A stretch of 64,000 nt of DNA. Origin: Auanema rhodensis. Taxonomy: Eukaryota; Animalia; Nematoda. The stretch covers positions 17,608,001 through 17,672,000 of the forward strand of contig OZ059899.1 of NCBI GenBank assembly GCA_964057225.1. The letters run 5' to 3'. This document shows positions 24,214 through 39,200 of the stretch, in pieces (position 1 is the stretch's first letter; every line of letters starts with the position of its first letter). A program made the translations under genes and the position numbers. The notes below the pieces were generated by a model. That model was not told where the DNA came from, made no database searches, and saw nothing but the letters and a program-made list of their open reading frames with translations.

Positions 24214-27200
24214 ATGCACTATACTACATTGAGAAACGCTTAATACAAAACTTAGTTATGATCGTTTGAAAAATGATGCATTAGCGTATGTTGAGTTTCC
24301 ATGTACACTCAACATTGCTTCCAAAAACATTTTTACAAAAATTTTTCCGAAAAATTTCGAAATAATTTCGCAAAAAGTAGATGTTTTCAGATTTCTTTTT
24401 TCAAGGCAAAGACGATGGACATTGTTATTCAACGAAAAAATTGATTCTGCAGGGTGAAAATCGAGGATATAAGTGTGAACTTATATCAGTTGATATCTCG
24501 GTGCATTTTTAAGCTAGCGCAAATCTGATAACACAGATCGACGCAGCTTAAAAATCCGCATCGATTGCACTATACTACATTGAGAAACGCTTAATACAAA
24601 AATTAGTTATGATCGTTTGAAAAAAGATGCATTAGTGTATGTTGAGTTTCCATGTACACTCAACATTGCTTCCAAAAACATTTTGACAAAAATTTTTCCG
24701 AAAAATTTCAAAATAATTTCGCAAAAAGTAGATGTTTTTAGATTTCTTTTTTCAAGGCAAAGACGATGGACAAAGTTATTCAACGAAAAAATTAATTCTG
24801 CAGGGTGAAAATCGAGGATATAAGTGTGAACTTATATCAGTTGATATCTCGGTGCATTTTTAAGCTAGCGCAAATCTGATAACACAGATCGACGCAGCTT
24901 AAAAATCCGCATCGAATGCACTATACTACATTGAGAAACGCTTAATACAAAAATTAGTTATGATCGTTTGAAAAAAGATGCATTAGTGTATGTTGAGTTT
25001 CCATGTACACTCAACATTGCTTCCAAAAACATTTTGACAAAAATTTTTCCGAAAAATTTCAAAATAATTTCGCAAAAAGTAGATGTTTTTAGATTTCTTT
25101 TTTCAAGGCAAAGACGATGGACAAAGTTATTCAACGAAAAAATTAATTCTGCAGGGTGAAAATCGAGGATATAAGTGTGAACTTATATCAGTTGATATCT
25201 CGGTGCATTTTTAAGCTAGCGCAAATCTGATAACACAGATCGACGCAGCTTAAAAATCCGCATCGAATGCACTATACTACATTGAGAAACGCTTAATACA
25301 AAACTTAGTTATGATCGTTTGAAAAATGATGCATTAGTGTATGTTGAGTTTCCATGTACACTCAACATTGCTTCCAAAAACATTTTGACAAAAATTTTTC
25401 CGAAAAATTTCAAAATAATTTCGCAAAAAGTAGATGTTTTTAGATTTCTTTTTTCAAGGCAAAGACGATGGACAAAGTTATTCAACGAAAAAATTAATTC
25501 TGCAGGGTGAAAATCGAGGATATAAGTGTGAACTTATATCAGTTGATATCTCGGTGCATTTTTAAGCTAGCGCAAATCTGATAACACAGATCGACGCAGC
25601 TTAAAAATCCGCATCGAATGCACTATACTACATTGAGAAACGCTTAATACAAAACTTAGTTATGATCGTTTGAAAAATGATGCATTAGTGTATGTTGAGT
25701 TTCCATGTACACTCAACATTGCTTCCAAAAACATTTTGACAAAAATTTTTCCGAAAAATTTCAAAATAATTTCGCAAAAAGTAGATGTTTTTAGATTTCT
25801 TTTTTCAAGGCAAAGACGATGGACAAAGTTATTCAACGAAAAAATTAATTCTGCAGGGTGAAAATCGAGGATATAAGTGTGAACTTATATCAGTTGATAT
25901 CTCGGTGCATTTTTAAGCTAGCGCAAATCTGATAACACAGATCGACGCAGCTTAAAAATCCGCATCGAATGCACTATACAACATTGAGAAACGCTCAATA
26001 CAAAAATTAGTTATGATCGTTTGAAAAATGATGCATTAGTGTATGTTGAGTTTCCATGTACACTCAACATTGCTTCCAAAAACATTTTGACAAAAATTTT
26101 TCCGAAAAATTTCAAAATAATTTCGCAAAAAGTAGATGTTTTTAGATTTCTTTTTTCAAGGCAAAGACGATGGACAAAGTTATTCAACGAAAAAATTAAT
26201 TCTGCAGGGTGAAAATCGAGGATATAAGTGTGAACTTATATCAGTTGATATCTCGGTGCATTTTTAAGCTAGCGCAAATCTGATAACACAGATCGACGCA
26301 GCTTAAAAATTCGCATCGAATGCACTATACAACATTGAGAAACGCTCAATACAAAAATTAGTTATGATCGTTTGAAAAATGATGCATTAGTGTATGTTGA
26401 GTTTCCATGTACACTCAACATTGCTTCCAAAAACATTTTGACAAAAATTTTTCCGAAAAATTTCAAAATAATTTCGCAAAAAGTAGATGTTTTTAGATTT
26501 CTTTTTTCAAGGCAAAGACGATGGACAAAGTTATTCAACGAAAAAATTAATTCTGCAGGGTGAAAATCGAGGATATAAGTGTGAACTTATATCAGTTGAT
26601 ATCTCGGTGCATTTTTAAGCTAGCGCAAATCTGATAACACAGATCGACGCAGCTTAAAAATCCGCATCGAATGCACTATACTACATTGAGAAACGCTTAA
26701 TACAAAACTTAGTTATGATCGTTTGAAAAATGATGCATTAGTGTATGTTGAGTTTCCATGTACACTCAACATTGCTTCCAAAAACATTTTGACAAAAATT
26801 TTTCCGAAAAATTTCAAAATAATTTCGCAAAAAGTAGATGTTTTTAGATTTCTTTTTTCAAGGCAAAGACGATGGACAAAGTTATTCAACGAAAAAATTA
26901 ATTCTGCAGGGTGAAAATCGAGGATATAAGTGTGAACTTATATCAGTTGATATCTCGGTGCATTTTTAAGCTAGCGCAAATCTGATAACACAGATCGACG
27001 CAGCTTAAAAATCCGCATCGAATGCACTATACTACATTGAGAAACGCTTAATACAAAAATTAGTTATGATCGTTTGAAAAAAGATGCATTAGTGTATGTT
27101 GAGTTTCCATGTACACTCAACATTGCTTCCAAAAACATTTTGACAAAAATTTTTCCGAAAAATTTCAAAATAATTTCGCAAAAAGTAGATGTTTTTAGAT

Positions 27201-30200
27201 TTCTTTTTTCAAGGCAAAGACGATGGACAAAGTTATTCAACGAAAAAATTAATTCTGCAGGGTGAAAATCGAGGATATAAGTGTGAACTTATATCAGTTG
27301 ATATCTCGGTGCATTTTTAAGCTAGCGCAAATCTGATAACACAGATCGACGCAGCTTAAAAATCCGCATCGAATGCACTATACAACATTGAGAAACGCTT
27401 AATACAAAAATTAGTTATGATCGTTTGAAAAATGATGCATTAGTGTATGTTGAGTTTCCATGTACACTCAACATTGCTTCCAAAAACATTTTGACAAAAA
27501 TTTTTCCGAAAAATTTCGAAATAATTTCGCAAAAAGTAGATGTTTTCAGATTCCTTTTTTCAAGGCAAAGACGATGGACATTGTTATTCAACGAAAAAAT
27601 TGATTCTGCAGGGTGAAAATCGAGGATATAAGTGTGAACTTATATCAGTTGATATCTCGGTGCATTTTTAAGCTAGCGCAAATCTGATAACACAGATCGA
27701 CGCAGCTTAAAAATCCGCATCGAATGCACTATACTACATTGAGAAACGCTTAATACAAAACTTAGTTATGATCGTTTGAAAAATGATGCATTAGTGTATG
27801 TTGAGTTTCCATGTACACTCAACATTGCTTCCAAAAACATTTTGACAAAAATTTTTCCGAAAAATTTCAAAATAATTTCGCAAAAAGTAGATGTTTTTAG
27901 ATTTCTTTTTTCAAGGCAAAGACGATGGACAAAGTTATTCAACGAAAAAATTAATTCTGCAGGGTGAAAATCGAGGATATAAGTGTGAACTTATATCAGT
28001 TGATATCTCGGTGCATTTTTAAGCTAGCGCAAATCTGATAACACAGATCGACGCAGCTTAAAAATCCGCATCGAATGCACTATACTACATTGAGAAACGC
28101 TTAATACAAAACTTAGTTATGATCGTTTGAAAAATGATGCATTAGTGTATGTTGAGTTTCCATGTACACTCAACATTGCTTCCAAAAACATTTTTACAAA
28201 AATTTTTCCGAAAAATTTCGGAATAATTTCGCAAAAAGTAGATGTTTTTAGATTCCTTTTTTCAAGGCAAAGACGATGGACATTGTTATTCAACGAAAAA
28301 ATTGATTCTGCAGGGTGAAAATCGAGGATATAAGTGTGAACTTATATCAGTTGATATCTCGGTGCATTTTTAAGCTAGCGCAAATCTGATAACACAGATC
28401 GACGCAGCTTAAAAATCCGCATCGAATGCACTATACAACATTGAGAAACGCTTAATACAAAAATTAGTTATGATCGTTTGAAAAATGATGCATTAGTGTA
28501 TGTTGAGTTTCCATGTACACTCAACATTGCTTCCAAAAACATTTTGACAAAAATTTTTCCGAAAAATTTCGAAATAATTTCGCAAAAAGTAGATGTTTTC
28601 AGATTCCTTTTTTCAAGGCAAAGACGATGGACATTGTTATTCAACGAAAAAATTGATTCTGCAGGGTGAAAATCGAGGATATAAGTGTGAACTTATATCA
28701 GTTGATATCTCGGTGCATTTTTAAGCTAGCGCAAATCTGATAACACAGATCGACGCAGCTTAAAAATCCGCATCGAATGCACTATACTACATTGAGAAAC
28801 GCTTAATACAAAAATTAGTTATGATCGTTTGAAAAAAGATGCATTAGTGTATGTTGAGTTTCCATGTACACTCAACATTGCTTCCAAAAACATTTTGACA
28901 AAAATTTTTCCGAAAAATTTCAAAATAATTTCGCAAAAAGTAGATGTTTTTAGATTTCTTTTTTCAAGGCAAAGACGATGGACAAAGTTATTCAACGAAA
29001 AAATTAATTCTGCAGGGTGAAAATCAAGGATATAAGTGTGAACTTATATCAGTTGATATCTCGGTGCATTTTTAAGCTAGCGCAAATCTGATAACACAGA
29101 TCGACGCAGCTTAAAAATCCGCATCGAATGCACTATACTACATTGAGAAACGCTTAATACAAAACTTAGTTATGATCGTTTGAAAAATGATGCATTAGTG
29201 TATGTTGAGTTTCCATGTACACTCAACATTGCTTCCAAAAACATTTTGACAAAAATTTTTCCGAAAAATTTCAAAATAATTTCGCAAAAAGTAGATGTTT
29301 TTAGATTTCTTTTTTCAAGGCAAAGACGATGGACAATGTTATTCAACGAAAAAATTAATTCTGCAGGGTGAAAATCGAGGATATAAGTGTGAACTTATAT
29401 CAGTTGATATCTCGGTGCATTTTTAAGCTAGCGCAAATCTGATAACACAGATCGACGCAGCTTAAAAATCCGCATCGAATGCACTATACTACATTGAGAA
29501 ACGCTTAATACAAAAATTAGTTATGATCGTTTGAAAAAAGATGCATTAGTGTATGTTGAGTTTCCATGTACACTCAACATTGCTTCCAAAAACATTTTGA
29601 CAAAAATTTTTCCGAAAAATTTCAAAATAATTTCGCAAAAAGTAGATGTTTTTAGATTTCTTTTTTCAAGGCAAAGACGATGGACAAAGTTATTCAACGA
29701 AAAAATTAATTCTGCAGGGTGAAAATCGAGGATATAAGTGTGAACTTATATCAGTTGATATCTCGGTGCATTTTTAAGCTAGCGCAAATCTGATAACACA
29801 GATCGACGCAGCTTAAAAATCCGCATCGAATGCACTATACTACATTAAGAAACGCTTAATACAAAACTTAGTTATGATCGTTTGAAAAATGATGCATTAG
29901 TGTATGTTGAGTTTCCATGTACACTCAACATTGCTTCCAAAAACATTTTGACAAAAATTTTTCCGAAAAATTTCAAAATAATTTCGCAAAAAGTAGATGT
30001 TTTTAGATTTCTTTTTTCAAGGCAAAGACGATGGACAAAGTTATTCAACGAAAAAATTAATTCTGCAGGGTGAAAATCGAGGATATAAGTGTGAACTTAT
30101 ATCAGTTGATATCTCGGTGCATTTTTAAGCTAGCGCAAATCTGATAACACAGATCGACGCAGCTTAAAAATCCGCATCGAATGCACTATACTACATTGAG

Positions 30201-33200
30201 AAACGCTTAATACAAAACTTAGTTATGATCGTTTGAAAAATGATGCATTAGTGTATGTTGAGTTTCCATGTACACTCAACATTGCTTCCAAAAACATTTT
30301 GACAAAAATTTTTCCGAAAAATTTCAAAATAATTTCGCAAAAAGTAGATGTTTTTAGATTTCTTTTTTCAAGGCAAAGACGATGGACAAAGTTATTCAAC
30401 GAAAAAATTAATTCTGCAGGGTGAAAATCGAGGATATAAGTGTGAACTTATATCAGTTGATATCTCGGTGCATTTTTAAGCTAGCGCAAATCTGATAACA
30501 CAGATCGACGCAGCTTAAAAATCCGCATCGAATGCACTATACTACATTGAGAAACGCTTAATACAAAACTTAGTTATGATCGTTTGAAAAATGATGCATT
30601 AGTGTATGTTGAGTTTCCATGTACACTCAACATTGCTTCCAAAAACATTTTGACAAAAATTTTTCCGAAAAATTTCAAAATAATTTCGCAAAAAGTAGAT
30701 GTTTTTAGATTTCTTTTTTCAAGGCAAAGACGATGGACAAAGTTATTCAACGAAAAAATTAATTCTGCAGGGTGAAAATCGAGGATATAAGTGTGAACTT
30801 ATATCAGTTGATATCTCGGTGCATTTTTAAGCTAGCGCAAATCTGATAACACAGATCGACGCAGCTTAAAAATCCGCATCGAATGCACTATACAACATTG
30901 AGAAACGCTTAATACAAAAATTAGTTATGATCGTTTGAAAAATGATGCATTAGTGTATGTTGAGTTTCCATGTACACTCAACATTGCTTCCAAAAACATT
31001 TTGACAAAAATTTTTCCGAAAAATTTCAAAATAATTTCGCAAAAAGTAGATGTTTTTAGATTTCTTTTTTCAAGGCAAAGACGATGGACAAAGTTATTCA
31101 ACGAAAAAATTAATTCTGCAGGGTGAAAATCGAGGATATAAGTGTGAACTTATATCAGTTGATATCTCGGTGCATTTTTAAGCTAGCGCAAATCTGATAA
31201 CACAGATCGACGCAGCTTAAAAATCCGCATCGAATGCACTATACTACATTGAGAAACGCTTAATACAAAACTTAGTTATGATCGTTTGAAAAATGATGCA
31301 TTAGTGTATGTTGAGTTTCCATGTACACTCAACATTGCTTCCAAAAACATTTTGACAAAAATTTTTCCGAAAAATTTCAAAATAATTTCGCAAAAAGTAG
31401 ATGTTTTTAGATTTCTTTTTTCAAGGCAAAGACGATGGACAAAGTTATTCAACGAAAAAATTAATTCTGCAGGGTGAAAATCGAGGATATAAGTGTGAAC
31501 TTATATCAGTTGATATCTCGGTGCATTTTTAAGCTAGCGCAAATCTGATAACACAGATCGACGCAGCTTAAAAATCCGCATCGAATGCACTATACAACAT
31601 TGAGAAACGCTTAATACAAAAATTAGTTATGATCGTTTGAAAAATGATGCATTAGTGTATGTTGAGTTTCCATGTACACTCAACATTGCTTCCAAAAACA
31701 TTTTGACAAAAATTTTTCCGAAAAATTTCGAAATAATTTCGCAAAAAGTAGATGTTTTCAGATTCCTTTTTTCAAGGCAAAGACGATGGACATTGTTATT
31801 CAACGAAAAAATTGATTCTGCAGGGTGAAAATCGAGGATATAAGTGTGAACTTATATCAGTTGATATCTCGGTGCATTTTTAAGCTAGCGCAAATCTGAT
31901 AACACAGATCGACGCAGCTTAAAAATCCGCATCGAATGCACTATACTACATTGAGAAACGCTTAATACAAAACTTAGTTATGATCGTTTGAAAAATGATG
32001 CATTAGTGTATGTTGAGTTTCCATGTACACTCAACATTGCTTCCAAAAACATTTTGACAAAAATTTTTCCGAAAAATTTCAAAATAATTTCGCAAAAAGT
32101 AGATGTTTTTAGATTTCTTTTTTCAAGGCAAAGACGATGGACAAAGTTATTCAACGAAAAAATTAATTCTGCAGGGTGAAAATCGAGGATATAAGTGTGA
32201 ACTTATATCAGTTGATATCTCGGTGCATTTTTAAGCTAGCGCAAATCTGATAACACAGATCGACGCAGCTTAAAAATCCGCATCGAATGCACTATACTAC
32301 ATTGAGAAACGCTTAATACAAAAATTAGTTATGATCGTTTGAAAAAAGATGCATTAGTGTATGTTGAGTTTCCATGTACACTCAACATTGCTTCCAAAAA
32401 CATTTTGACAAAAATTTTTCCGAAAAATTTCAAAATAATTTCGCAAAAAGTAGATGTTTTTAGATTTCTTTTTTCAAGGCAAAGACGATGGACAAAGTTA
32501 TTCAACGAAAAAATTAATTCTGCAGGGTGAAAATCGAGGATATAAGTGTGAACTTATATCAGTTGATATCTCGGTGCATTTTTAAGCTAGCGCAAATCTG
32601 ATAACACAGATCGACGCAGCTCAAAAATCCGCATCGAATGCACTATACTACATTGAGAAACGCTTAATACAAAACTTAGTTATGATCGTTTGAAAAATGA
32701 TGCATTAGTGTATGTTGAGTTTCCATGTACACTCAACATTGCTTCCAAAAACATTTTGACAAAAATTTTTCCGAAAAATTTCAAAATAATTTTGCAAAAA
32801 GTAGATGTTTTTAGATTCCTTTTTTCAAGGCAAAGACGATGGACAAAGTTATTCAACGAAAAAATTAATTCTGCAGGGTGAAAATCGAGGATATAAGTGT
32901 GAACTTATATCAGTTGATATCTCGGTGCATTTTTAAGCTAGCGCAAATCTGATAACACAGATCGACGCAGCTTAAAAATCCGCATCGATTGCACTATACT
33001 ACATTGAGAAACGCATAATACAAAACTTAGTTATGATCGTTTGAAAAAAGATGTATTAGTGTATGTTGAGTTTCCATGTACACTCAACATTGCTTCCAAA
33101 AACATTTTTACAAAAATTTTTCCGAAAAATTTCGAAATAATTTCGCAAAAAGTAGATGTTTTTAGATTCCTTTTTTCAAGGCAAAGACGATGGACAAAGT

Positions 33201-36200
33201 TATTCAACGAAAAAATTAATTCTGCAGGGTGAAAATCGAGGATATAAGTGTGAACTTATATCAGTTGATATCTCGGTGCATTTTTAAGCTAGCGCAAATC
33301 TGATAACACAGATCGACGCAGCTCAAAAATCCGCATCGAATGCACTATACTACATTGAGAAACGCTTAATACAAAACTTAGTTATGATCGTTTGAAAAAT
33401 GATGTATTAGTGTATGTTGAGTTTCCATGTACACTCAACATTGCTTCCAAAAACATTTTTACAAAAATTTTTCCGAAAAATTTCGAAATAATTTCGCAAA
33501 AAGTAGATGTTTTTAGATTCCTTTTTTCAAGGCAAAGACGATGGACAAAGTAATTCAACGAAAAAATTAATTCTGCAGGGTGAAAATCGAGGATATAAGT
33601 GTGAACTTATATCAGTTGATATCTCGGTGCATTTTTAAGCTAGCGCAAATCTGATAACACAGATCGACGCAGCTTAAAAATCCGCATCGATTGCACTATA
33701 CTACATTGAGAAACGCATAATACAAAACTTAGTTATGATCGTTTGAAAAAAGATGCATTAGTGTATGTTGAGTTTCCATGTACACTCAACATTGCTTCCA
33801 AAAACATTTTTACAAAAATTTTTCCGAAAAATTTCGAAATAATTTCGCAAAAAGTAGATGTTTTTAGATTCCTTTTTTCAAGGCAAAGACGATGGACAAA
33901 GTAATTCAACGAAAAAATTAATTCTGCAGGGTGAAAATCGAGGATATAAGTGTGAACTTATATCAGTTGATATCTCGGTGCATTTTTAAGCTAGCGCAAA
34001 TCTGATAACACAGATCGACGCAGCTTAAAAATCCGCATCGATTGCACTATACTACATTGAGAAATGCTTGATACAAAAATTAGTTATGATCGTTTGAAAA
34101 AAGATGCATTAGTGTATGTTGAGTTTCCATGTACACTCAACATTGCTTCCAAAAACATTTTGACAAAAATTTTTCCGAAAAATTTCAAAATAATTTTGCA
34201 AAAAGTAGATGTTTTTAGATTCCTTTTTTCAAGGCAAAGACGATGGACAAAGTTATTCAACGAAAAAATTAATTCTGCAGGGTGAAAATCGAGGATATAA
34301 GTGTGAACTTATATCAGTTGATATCTCGGTGCATTTTTAAGCTAGCGCAAATCTGATAACACAGATCGACGCAGCTTAAAAATCCGCATCGAATGCACTA
34401 TACTACATTGAGAAACGCTTAATACAAAACTTAGTTATGATCGTTTGAAAAATGATGCATTAGTGTATGTTGAGTTTCCATGTACACTCAACATTGCTTC
34501 CAAAAACATTTTGACAAAAATTTTTCCGAAAAATTTCGAAATAATTTCGCAAAAAGTAGATGTTTTCAGATTTCTTTTTTCAAGGCAAAGACGATGGACA
34601 TTGTTATTCAACGAAAAAATTGATTCTGCTGGGTGAAAATCGAGGATATAAGTGTGAACTTATATCAGTTGATATCTCGGTGCATTTTTAAGCTAGCGCA
34701 AATCTGATAACACAGATCGACGCAGCTTAAAAATCCGCATCGAATGCACTATACAACATTGAGAAACGCTTAATACAAAAATTAGTTATGATCGTTTGAA
34801 AAATGATGCATTAGTGTATGTTGAGTTTCCATGTACACTCAACATTGCTTCCAAAAACATTTTTACAAAAATTTTTCCGAAAAATTTCGAAATAATTTCG
34901 CAAAAAGTAGATGTTTTTAGATTCCTTTTTTCAAGGCAAAAACGATGGACATTGTTATTCAACGAAAAAATTGATTCTGCAGGGTGAAAATCGAGGATAT
35001 AAGTGTGAACTTATATCAGTTGATATCTCGGTGCATTTTTAAGCTAGCGCAAATCTGATAACACAGATCGACGCAGCTTAAAAATCCGCATCGATTGCAC
35101 TATACTACATTGAGAAACGCTTAATACAAAAATTAGTTATGATCGTTTGAAAAATGATGCATTAGTGTATGTTGAGTTTCCATGTACACTCAACATTGCT
35201 TCCAAAAACATTTTGACAAAAATTTTTCCGAAAAATTTCGAAATAATTTCGCAAAAAGTAGATGTTTTCAGATTTCTTTTTTCAAGGCAAAGACGATGGA
35301 CATTGTTATTCAACGAAAAAATTGATTCTGCAGGGTGAAAATCGAGGATATAAGTGTGAACTTATATCAGTTGATATCTCGGTGCATTTTTAAGCTAGCG
35401 CAAATCTGATAACACAGATCGACGCAGCTTAAAAATCCGCATCGATTGCACTATACTACATTGAGAAACGCTTAATACAAAACTTAGTTATGATCGTTTG
35501 AAAAAAGATGCATTAGTGTATGTTGAGTTTCCATGTACACTCAACATTGCTTCCAAAAACATTTTTACAAAAATTTTTCCGAAAAATTTCGAAATAATTT
35601 CGCAAAAAGTAGATGTTTTTAGATTCCTTTTTTCAAGGCAAAGACGATGGACATTGTTATTCAACGAAAAAATTGATTCTGCAGGGTGAAAATCGAGGAT
35701 ATAAGTGTGAACTTATATCAGTTGATATCTCGGTGCATTTTTAAGCTAGCGCAAATCTGATAACACAGATCGACGCAGCTTAAAAATCCGCATCGATTGC
35801 ACTATACTACATTGAGAAATGCTTGATACAAAAATTAGTTATGATCGTTTGAAAAAAGATGCATTAGTGTATGTTGAGTTTCCATGTACACTCAACATTG
35901 CTTCCAAAAACATTTTGACAAAAATTTTTCCGAAAAATTTCAAAATAATTTTGCAAAAAGTAGATGTTTTTAGATTCCTTTTTTCAAGGCAAAGACGATG
36001 GACAAAGTTATTCAACGAAAAAATTAATTCTGCAGGGTGAAAATCGAGGATATAAGTGTGAACTTATATCAGTTGATATCTCGGTGCATTTTTAAGCTAG
36101 CGCAAATCTGATAACACAGATCGACGCAGCTTAAAAATCCGCATCGATTGCACTATACTACATTGAGAAACGCATAATACAAAACTTAGTTATGATCGTT

Positions 36201-39200
36201 TGAAAAAAGATGCATTAGTGTATGTTGAGTTTCCATGTACACTCAACATTGCTTCCAAAAACATTTTTACAAAAATTTTTCCGAAAAATTTCGAAATAAT
36301 TTCGCAAAAAGTAGATGTTTTTAGATTCCTTTTTTCAAGGCAAAGACGATGGACAAAGTAATTCAACGAAAAAATTAATTCTGCAGGGTGAAAATCGAGG
36401 ATATAAGTGTGAACTTATATCAGTTGATATCTCGGTGCATTTTTAAGCTAGCGCAAATCTGATAACACAGATCGACGCAGCTTAAAAATCCGCATCGAAT
36501 GCACTATACTACATTGAGAAATGCTTGATACAAAAATTAGTTATGATCGTTTGAAAAAAGATGCATTAGTGTATGTTGAGTTTCCATGTACACTCAACAT
36601 TGCTTCCAAAAACATTTTGACAAAAATTTTTCCGAAAAATTTCAAAATAATTTTGCAAAAAGTAGATGTTTTTAGATTCCTTTTTTCAAGGCAAAGACGA
36701 TGGACAAAGTTATTCAACGAAAAAATTAATTCTGCAGGGTGAAAATCGAGGATATAAGTGTGAACTTATATCAGTTGATATCTCGGTGCATTTTTAAGCT
36801 AGCGCAAATCTGATAACACAGATCGACGCAGCTTAAAAATCCGCATCGAATGCACTATACTACATTGAAAAACGCTTAATACAAAAATTAGTTATGATCG
36901 TTTGAAAAAAGATGCATTAGTGTATGTTGAGTTTCCATGTACACTCAACATTGCTTCCAAAAACATTTTGACAAAAATTTTTCCGAAAAATTTCAAAATA
37001 ATTTTGCAAAAAGTAGATGTTTTTAGATTTCTTTTTTCAAGGCAAAGACGATGGACAAAGTTATTCAACGAAAAAATTAATTCTGCAGGGTGAAAATCGA
37101 GGATATAAGTGTGAACTTATATCAGTTGATATCTCGGTGCATTTTTAAGCTAGCGCAAATCTGATAACACAGATCGAAGCAGCTTAAAAATCCGCATCGA
37201 TTGCACTATACTACATTGAGAAACGCATAATACAAAACTTAGTTATGATCGTTTGAAAAAAGATGCATTAGTGTATGTTGAGTTTCCATGTACACTCAAC
37301 ATTGCTTCCAAAAACATTTTTACAAAAATTTTTCCGAAAAATTTCGAAATAATTTCGCAAAAAGTAGATGTTTTTAGATTCCTTTTTTCAAGGCAAAGAC
37401 GATGGACATTGTTATTCAACGAAAAAATTGATTCTGCAGGGTGAAAATCGAGGATATAAGTGTGAACTTATATCAGTTGATATCTCGGTGCATTTTTAAG
37501 CTAGCGCAAATCTGATAACACAGATCGACGCAGCTTAAAAATCCGCATCGATTGCACTATACTACATTGAGAAACGCTTAATACAAAACTTAGTTATGAT
37601 CGTTTGAAAAAAGATGCATTAGTGTATGTTGAGTTTCCATGTACACTCAACATTGCTTCCAAAAACATTTTTACAAAAATTTTTCCGAAAAATTTCGAAA
37701 TAATTTCGCAAAAAGTAGATGTTTTTAGATTCCTTTTTTCAAGGCAAAGACGATGGACATTGTTATTCAACGAAAAAATTGATTCTGCAGGGTGAAAATC
37801 GAGGATATAAGTGTGAACTTATATCAGTTGATATCTCGGTGCATTTTTAAGCTAGCGCAAATCTGATAACACAGATCGACGCAGCTTAAAAATCCGCATC
37901 GATTGCACTATACTACATTGAGAAATGCTTAATACAAAAATTAGTTATGATCGTTTGAAAAAAGATGCATTAGTGTATGTTGAGTTTCCATGTACACTCA
38001 ACATTGCTTCCAAAAACATTTTGACAAAAATTTTTCCGAAAAATTTCAAAATAATTTTGCAAAAAGTAGATGTTTTTAGATTCCTTTTTTCAAGGCAAAG
38101 ACGATGGACAAAGTTATTCAACGAAAAAATTAATTCTGCAGGGTGAAAATCGAGGATATAAGTGTGAACTTATATCAGTTGATATCTCGGTGCATTTTTA
38201 AGCTAGCGCAAATCTGATAACACAGATCGACGCAGCTTAAAAATCCGCATCGATTGCACTATACTACATTGAGAAACGCATAATACAAAACTTAGTTATG
38301 ATCGTTTGAAAAAAGATGCATTAGTGTATGTTGAGTTTCCATGTACACTCAACATTGCTTCCAAAAACATTTTTACAAAAATTTTTCCGAAAAATTTCGA
38401 AATAATTTCGCAAAAAGTAGATGTTTTTAGATTCCTTTTTTCAAGGCAAAGACGATGGACAAAGTAATTCAACGAAAAAATTAATTCTGCAGGGTGAAAA
38501 TCGAGGATATAAGTGTGAACTTATATCAGTTGATATCTCGGTGCATTTTTAAGCTAGCGCAAATCTGATAACACAGATCGACGCAGCTTAAAAATCCGCA
38601 TCGATTGCACTATACTACATTGAGAAACGCATAATACAAAACTTAGTTATGATCGTTTGAAAAAAGATGCATTAGTGTATGTTGAGTTTCCATGTACACT
38701 CAACATTGCTTCCAAAAACATTTTTACAAAAATTTTTCCGAAAAATTTCGAAATAATTTCGCAAAAAGTAGATGTTTTTAGATTCCTTTTTTCAAGGCAA
38801 AGACGATGGACAAAGTAATTCAACGAAAAAATTAATTCTGCAGGGTGAAAATCGAGGATATAAGTGTGAACTTATATCAGTTGATATCTCGGTGCATTTT
38901 TAAGCTAGCGCAAATCTGATAACACAGATCGACGCAGCTTAAAAATCCGCATCGAATGCACTATACTACATTGAGAAATGCTTGATACAAAAATTAGTTA
39001 TGATCGTTTGAAAAAAGATGCATTAGTGTATGTTGAGTTTCCATGTACACTCAACATTGCTTCCAAAAACATTTTGACAAAAATTTTTCCGAAAAATTTC
39101 AAAATAATTTTGCAAAAAGTAGATGTTTTTAGATTCCTTTTTTCAAGGCAAAGACGATGGACAAAGTTATTCAACGAAAAAATTAATTCTGCAGGGTGAA

